A DNA stretch of 62,997 nucleotides, counting the filler, from Trichomonas gallinae (taxonomy: Eukaryota): NCBI GenBank assembly GCA_008369845.1. It is 9 parts of 9 records of this genome, joined end to end, with 100 filler letters (N's around TTAATTAATTAA, not from the genome) between each part and the next. Parts side by side here need not be neighbours in the genome. Positions count along the whole stretch, not along the records: positions 57,142 to 59,159 come from MRSU01001079.1; positions 59,260 to 61,340 come from MRSU01001082.1; positions 61,441 to 62,997 come from MRSU01001107.1; 6 more parts are not named here. One strand, given 5' to 3'. Made by a program: the position numbers and the translations under genes. Below the pieces are notes generated by a model, which was not told the DNA's origin, did not search any database, and saw only the letters and a program-made list of their open reading frames with translations. Shown here one piece after another: positions 58,390 to 62,997 of this stretch (positions are counted from its first letter, which is position 1; each line of letters begins with the position of its first letter).

Positions 58390-59259
58390 TTTATCTTTTT
58401 GAAATATTTGTTTATTTGTTAGTTGTATCTGATAATTTGCTTGGTAAATCAACACTCTATCTAATCTCATTCATATTTATCTTTTATTTTAGTAACATTC
58501 GATTTCATTCTGGGAAATTCATTAAGTCTCATTTAATGAACTTAGACCATATATATGAATTTGACATATTCCTGTCAGTAAATATAGCCAATGGCGTAAG
58601 AGAAACAAATTTGTTTTCACCGTCATCCGCTTTTCGAAGATCAGCTGGGTTTTCGGGGATCTATTTAATTTTTTGACTCACGAAAATTAAAATATAGGAT
58701 ATATATTATATATGTATATGATATAACTGTATTTATTGGTTTTGAATAGCTTACAAATGAACGATAAGACAAAAACTCGCGAAACTTAAATAATAAATAC
58801 ATCTAATAGTATATACAAAAATATCCTAGTTACAAATCTGTAAATTAGAGATTCAAAGAGATAAATTGCATTTTTTCTTTAAATTCAACTACAACACCAA
58901 ATACAATATGATAATGTATTTTATGAAATAATAATAGCATGTTTATTTAAGTAAATTTGGCGGGGGAAAATCATTATATATCAACAAAAGAGAGCCAAAT
59001 GAGAGAGGAATTTGGTTCAATCGGATGAACAACCTTTTTAGGGACTAGGATCGAGACAAGTTTTTTTCCAACTTTTTTCTTCTTTTTTCTCAAAAATCGA
59101 AATTTCAATAAATTTAATATTTAAATATATAGTATTTATCAAAATCATGAAGAAATTTCNNNNNNNNNNNNNNNNNNNNNNNNNNNNNNNNNNNNNNNNN
59201 NNNTTAATTAATTAANNNNNNNNNNNNNNNNNNNNNNNNNNNNNNNNNNNNNNNNNNNN

Positions 59260-59323
59260 CAGCACCTGGGTTGATGTTGATGCAAAGCTTTGCAACACGG
59301 ATCTCGTTGAGCTTGTTAGACAT
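59260..59323 (-). CDS. RPL11: 5' end of 60S ribosomal protein L11 (uL5), truncated by the gap
   Basis: MSNKLNEIRVAKLCININPGA matches the uL5 N-terminus (MxEIRIxKLxLNIxVG). Confidence 0.82.
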
Positions 59324-59325
59324 CG

Positions 59326-59357
59326 AAAGGCCGACCAAATTAACCGCTAAAACCGCC
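59326..59357 (-). promoter_or_regulatory. M5 (CCTTT) alternative initiator plus two M3 (RRCGGTT) motifs
   Basis: CCTTT at 59326-59330, 2 nt before the ATG. AGCGGTT at 59342-59348 and GGCGGTT at 59351-59357. Confidence 0.8.
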
Positions 59358-59951
59358 GTTTTAAATTTTTGCCTTTTTATTATCATTTTTATAATTAGTT
59401 TATATAATAATCCACTTTTCTCGTTAAATGTTCGCAAAAATCGGTTGATTTATTTTTTAATATTTGATTTTTTGAGTTATTGATGCATATGTTTGTCTAT
59501 AGCTTTATATAAGAATAAATATAAAATTGATACGGTTCATGAAACATAAAATCATATTTTTAGTTCTGCTTGATTATTTTTTTTAGACATTTATAATAGA
59601 AAATTATTATTTTTAACAATTAATTCTTGACTATTCCAGGTTATGATTGATATGCATTATTAAAACATATTGATAATTTTGTGGTTTTATCATCAAAATA
59701 TTGATGACATTGAGATGAATTAATAAACTATTCTGTTGATTCATTATGATCTTTGGCATTAGTATCTCCTTTATTGAAGCCTCCTTTCATTATTATAGAA
59801 GTGTGATTGATCCCTCATTATGTGTTAATAAACAAAAAAAAGATTATAACATTATTTACACTTTTCCAAGGTTATTTTTTAAAACAGTTGTCACTTTTAT
59901 TTTTAAGGCTCCAAAAAGTGAAAAATTTTTGGTAGTCAAATTTTTTAAAAA

Positions 59952-61022
59952 ATGCAGCAGGAAGCAGATCATGAACCAGGAACAGGCAGTTCTACAAGAT
60001 TTCCTCGTATGAGAGGCAATTATAGAGGAAATAGTCGTGGTAACGGCAATTCTAGAGGAAGTGGCCGCGGAAGAGGCAATTATAGAGGAAATGACCGCGG
60101 AGGTAAACTGGAACAGGGACAGATTGACAAATTGATAAGTATTACTCAAGAAGAAGCAGAAGAACTTCTTGCAAGATTTTTCTTAAATCAAGATAGATTA
60201 GATATATTAGCTTTCAATAGGAATGCATTATACTACCATTTAACTCATAATCGCAATTTCAAAAAAAATTTACCGCCAGAACTTCGTATACCTTTCGCAA
60301 AAAACTTATTTGCGTATTGCCCAGGATTAAAAGAATTAGTACCTAGATTAGATGATATAGATCGTGAAGTAGAACAATTTAATAAGAAACTACCATGTGC
60401 TGGCACAATTATTTTGAATCCTAGCAAAACAAAAGTTCTGTGCGTGACTCATTCATATTTTCCAGATCAATGCTCATTTCCCAAAGGCAAAGTTGATTAT
60501 TTTGAAGAGCCATTAATGCAGTGTGCCATTCGTGAAACATTGGAAGAAACTGGAGTAGATGTAACAGATTACATAACTGAAGAAGGAGCATTCACTTACT
60601 CAAGGACGATGGGAAGAGCTGATGTTAAACTATTCTTTGCTTTGAATGTTCCAGAAATCGAATATCAAAGTCCGAATTTGGCTGAAATTGCTAACGTTGA
60701 CTGGGTTAATATTAAGACATTTAAGACAAATAAGCATCTAAAATGGTATCCAGACGGTCCAACAGAAAAGAATTGGCAACAAATACAAAATTTTGTAAAA
60801 ACTTTCGGAAAACAAACGGAATCCAAGAATACAACAGACAATGGTATCGAATCAGAAGAAAATGCACCGATTTCAACGAATGCAGATAAATTATCGACAG
60901 TTCAGTCTAATTCTGATCAGATAATAGAAGATTCCATTGATAATCCTAATATCACAAATGAACAAGAAACAGTTTCGACTGATTCACACAATTTAGATGA
61001 AAATATGCCAGATTTCGATTAA
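59952..61022 (+). CDS. DCP2: Dcp2-like Nudix mRNA-decapping hydrolase with an RG-rich N-terminus
   Basis: ELLARFFLN box A-like segment, LPCAGTIILN, Nudix box FPKGKVD...CAIRETLEETG. Confidence 0.82.
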   Translation: MQQEADHEPGTGSSTRFPRMRGNYRGNSRGNGNSRGSGRGRGNYRGNDRGGKLEQGQIDKLISITQEEAEELLARFFLNQDRLDILAFNRNALYYHLTHNRNFKKNLPPELRIPFAKNLFAYCPGLKELVPRLDDIDREVEQFNKKLPCAGTIILNPSKTKVLCVTHSYFPDQCSFPKGKVDYFEEPLMQCAIRETLEETGVDVTDYITEEGAFTYSRTMGRADVKLFFALNVPEIEYQSPNLAEIANVDWVNIKTFKTNKHLKWYPDGPTEKNWQQIQNFVKTFGKQTESKNTTDNGIESEENAPISTNADKLSTVQSNSDQIIEDSIDNPNITNEQETVSTDSHNLDENMPDFD

Positions 61023-61261
61023 TCAAACTCGAGATTAATTGGAATAAATCAGATAAACAATGGATATCATATTCTTTATAAATCACTAGTGTGTTATCAT
61101 AATAAACATTTATTAAATTGATTGATTTCAAAGTTGAGTCATACTAATATATAAAAACATATACACCCTAAAGTATCCATAGGCATGATATATAAGCATT
61201 GAATAAATATGCTAAAACTTGATTAATATTCAAAAATATACAAGATTAATAATAATGTGTG

Positions 61262-61333
61262 TCCGATATCGTTCAGCGGTTAGGATATGTGGTTTTCATC
61301 CACAGGATCGGGGTTCGACTCCCCGTATCGGAA
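61262..61333 (+). tRNA. trnE: tRNA-Glu (TTC)
   Basis: Acceptor stem TCCGATA/TATCGGA, anticodon arm TGTGG-TTTTCAT-CCACA, T arm CGGGG-TTCGACT-CCCCG, downstream T run. Confidence 0.97.
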
Positions 61334-61552
61334 AATTTTTNNNNNNNNNNNNNNNNNNNNNNNNNNNNNNNNNNNNNNNNNNNNTTAATTAATTAANNNN
61401 NNNNNNNNNNNNNNNNNNNNNNNNNNNNNNNNNNNNNNNNTTTGAGAAAAGTGATCGGAAATTGAATGAAATTCCGCTAATTGATAATTTTCAAAGTTTT
61501 TTGAAGATTATGAGTCAGCAGAAAAGAGAGTCAGTTCATTTTTATCTTAGTA

Positions 61553-62997
61553 ATGTCTAAGCAAACAATGCAGGATATGAACAGCAAGAGGAAGGCGTAC
61601 TTCGTCGGTGGTGGCATTGGCTCACTGTCTGGCGCTTTCTTCTTAGTCAGAGACGCAAAGTTCAAACCAGAGAACATCACAGTCTTCGAGGCACTTAAGG
61701 TCAACGGAGGCTCAATGGACGGCTGTGGCGACGCGGAGAGCGGATACGTCATCCGCGGCGGAAGGATGTTCAACTTGCCGACATACGAGTGCCTCCAGGA
61801 CTTGTTGAAAGACGTCAAGTCAGTCCACAACCCAGAGAAGACAGCATACGAGGAGCTTCGCGAGTTCACACACGAGTACAAGACACACAGCAACGCGCGC
61901 GTCGTAGACCACAACAGGCAGAAGTACGACGTCAGAAACATGGGCTTCGACATGGAAGACAGGTTGGCCCTTCTCAAGCTGACAAAGACAGACGAGGACA
62001 AACTCGGCAAGAGCAGGATCTCGGAGCACTTCAGCAAGCACTTCTTCGAGACAAACTTCTGGTACATGTGGGCGACAACATTCGCATTCCAACCATGGCA
62101 CAGCGCGGCAGAGTTCAGGCGCTATCTATTGAGGTTCATGCACGAGTTCGTCAGGATCGAGACACTCGAAAGCGTCGCGAGGAGCGAGCTCAACCAGTAT
62201 GACAGTGTCATCTTGCCTCTCGAGAGGGACCTCAGATCGAAGGGTGTCAACTTCAAGAACGGTTACAAAGTCACCGATGTCGACGTCGTTGTCACAGCAG
62301 ACGACAAGAAGATTGCGAAGTCGATCACAGTCACAAACAAGGATGGCGAAACAGAGACTATTGAGTTATCAGAGGACGACATCGTCATCATCCAGAATGG
62401 ATCAATGACAGACGCAGCATCAGTCGGAACACACAATGAGCCAGCGAAGATGCTGACACGCGAAGACGGAACATCATGGCAGTTGTGGTCCAAGTTGTCC
62501 AAGTTATCAAAGGACTTCGGTGACCCAGAGCCTTTCTTCGGATGCGCGCCAGAGAGTGTCTGGGAGTCATTCACAGTCACAATCAACAACGACACATCTT
62601 TCTTCGACCAGGAAGTCGCATGGTCAGGCAACGAGCCAGGAACAGGCGCGCTCGTCACATTCAAGGACAGCAACTGGCTGATGTCCATCGTCGTCGCGAA
62701 GCAGCCTCACTTCATGAACCAGCCTTCTACGACACAAGTCTTCTGGGGATATGGACTGTTCCCAGACAGAGTCGGAAACTTCGTCCACAAGCGAATGATC
62801 GACTGCAGTGGCGAGGAGATCCTCGAGGAGCTTATCGGCCACCTCAGGTTCGACAAGAGCACGATCAAGAACGCAATCTGCAGGCCATGCATCATGCCAT
62901 TCATCACAGCGCAGTTCATGTGCAGGAACAGGAGTGACAGGCCTCTCCCAGTCCCGAAGGGATCAGTCAACATCGGTTTCACATCTCAGTTCGTCGA
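61553..62997 (+). CDS. ohyA: Oleate hydratase (myosin-cross-reactive antigen family), runs off the right edge
   Basis: KAYFVGGGIGSLSGA FAD motif, GGSMDG, GYVIRGGRMF, FFETNFWYMWATTFAFQPWHSAAEFRRYL, NQYDS, QNGSMT, WESFTVT, DSNWLMS, QPHF. Absent from the ORF track because it has no stop in the window. Confidence 0.95.
   Translation, partial: MSKQTMQDMNSKRKAYFVGGGIGSLSGAFFLVRDAKFKPENITVFEALKVNGGSMDGCGDAESGYVIRGGRMFNLPTYECLQDLLKDVKSVHNPEKTAYEELREFTHEYKTHSNARVVDHNRQKYDVRNMGFDMEDRLALLKLTKTDEDKLGKSRISEHFSKHFFETNFWYMWATTFAFQPWHSAAEFRRYLLRFMHEFVRIETLESVARSELNQYDSVILPLERDLRSKGVNFKNGYKVTDVDVVVTADDKKIAKSITVTNKDGETETIELSEDDIVIIQNGSMTDAASVGTHNEPAKMLTREDGTSWQLWSKLSKLSKDFGDPEPFFGCAPESVWESFTVTINNDTSFFDQEVAWSGNEPGTGALVTFKDSNWLMSIVVAKQPHFMNQPSTTQVFWGYGLFPDRVGNFVHKRMIDCSGEEILEELIGHLRFDKSTIKNAICRPCIMPFITAQFMCRNRSDRPLPVPKGSVNIGFTSQFV

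Noticed and set aside
59041..59159. GGGACTAGGATCGAGAC... before a gap as a possible transposon TIR
   Set aside because: No second copy or target-site duplication is visible in the window.

Overview
Eukaryotic, AT-rich, gene-dense and almost intron-free DNA that is very likely Trichomonas vaginalis or a close trichomonad. Evidence: TCA[CT]T initiator motifs just before ATGs, a GTATGT...ACTAACACACAG intron, a hydrogenosomal presequence, M3/M5 promoter motifs, and expanded kinase, ankyrin, BspA and adenylate-cyclase families. It is a pseudo-scaffold with eight artificial 100-nt gaps (N44-TTAATTAATTAA-N44), so adjacency across gaps is unproven. About 30 protein genes are present. Features missing from or mis-called by the ORF track: (1) a spliceosomal intron that extends an ankyrin gene; (2) a probable U3 snoRNA cut by a gap; (3) tRNA-Glu(TTC); (4) gap-truncated ends of class II fructose-bisphosphate aldolase and RPL11; (5) a bacterial-type oleate hydratase running off the right edge; (6) two TTAA-flanked Kolobok-like transposon ends; (7) a BspA-like gene broken by one TGA; (8) a premature TAG inside a repeat tail. 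The best candidates for something new are a strongly codon-biased YgeY-like M20 hydrolase (possible laterally acquired ureide/purine catabolism), the oleate hydratase, and a recurrent 11-bp upstream motif TGWCAYGTAAA. All family calls come from motif recognition by eye; no database search was run.
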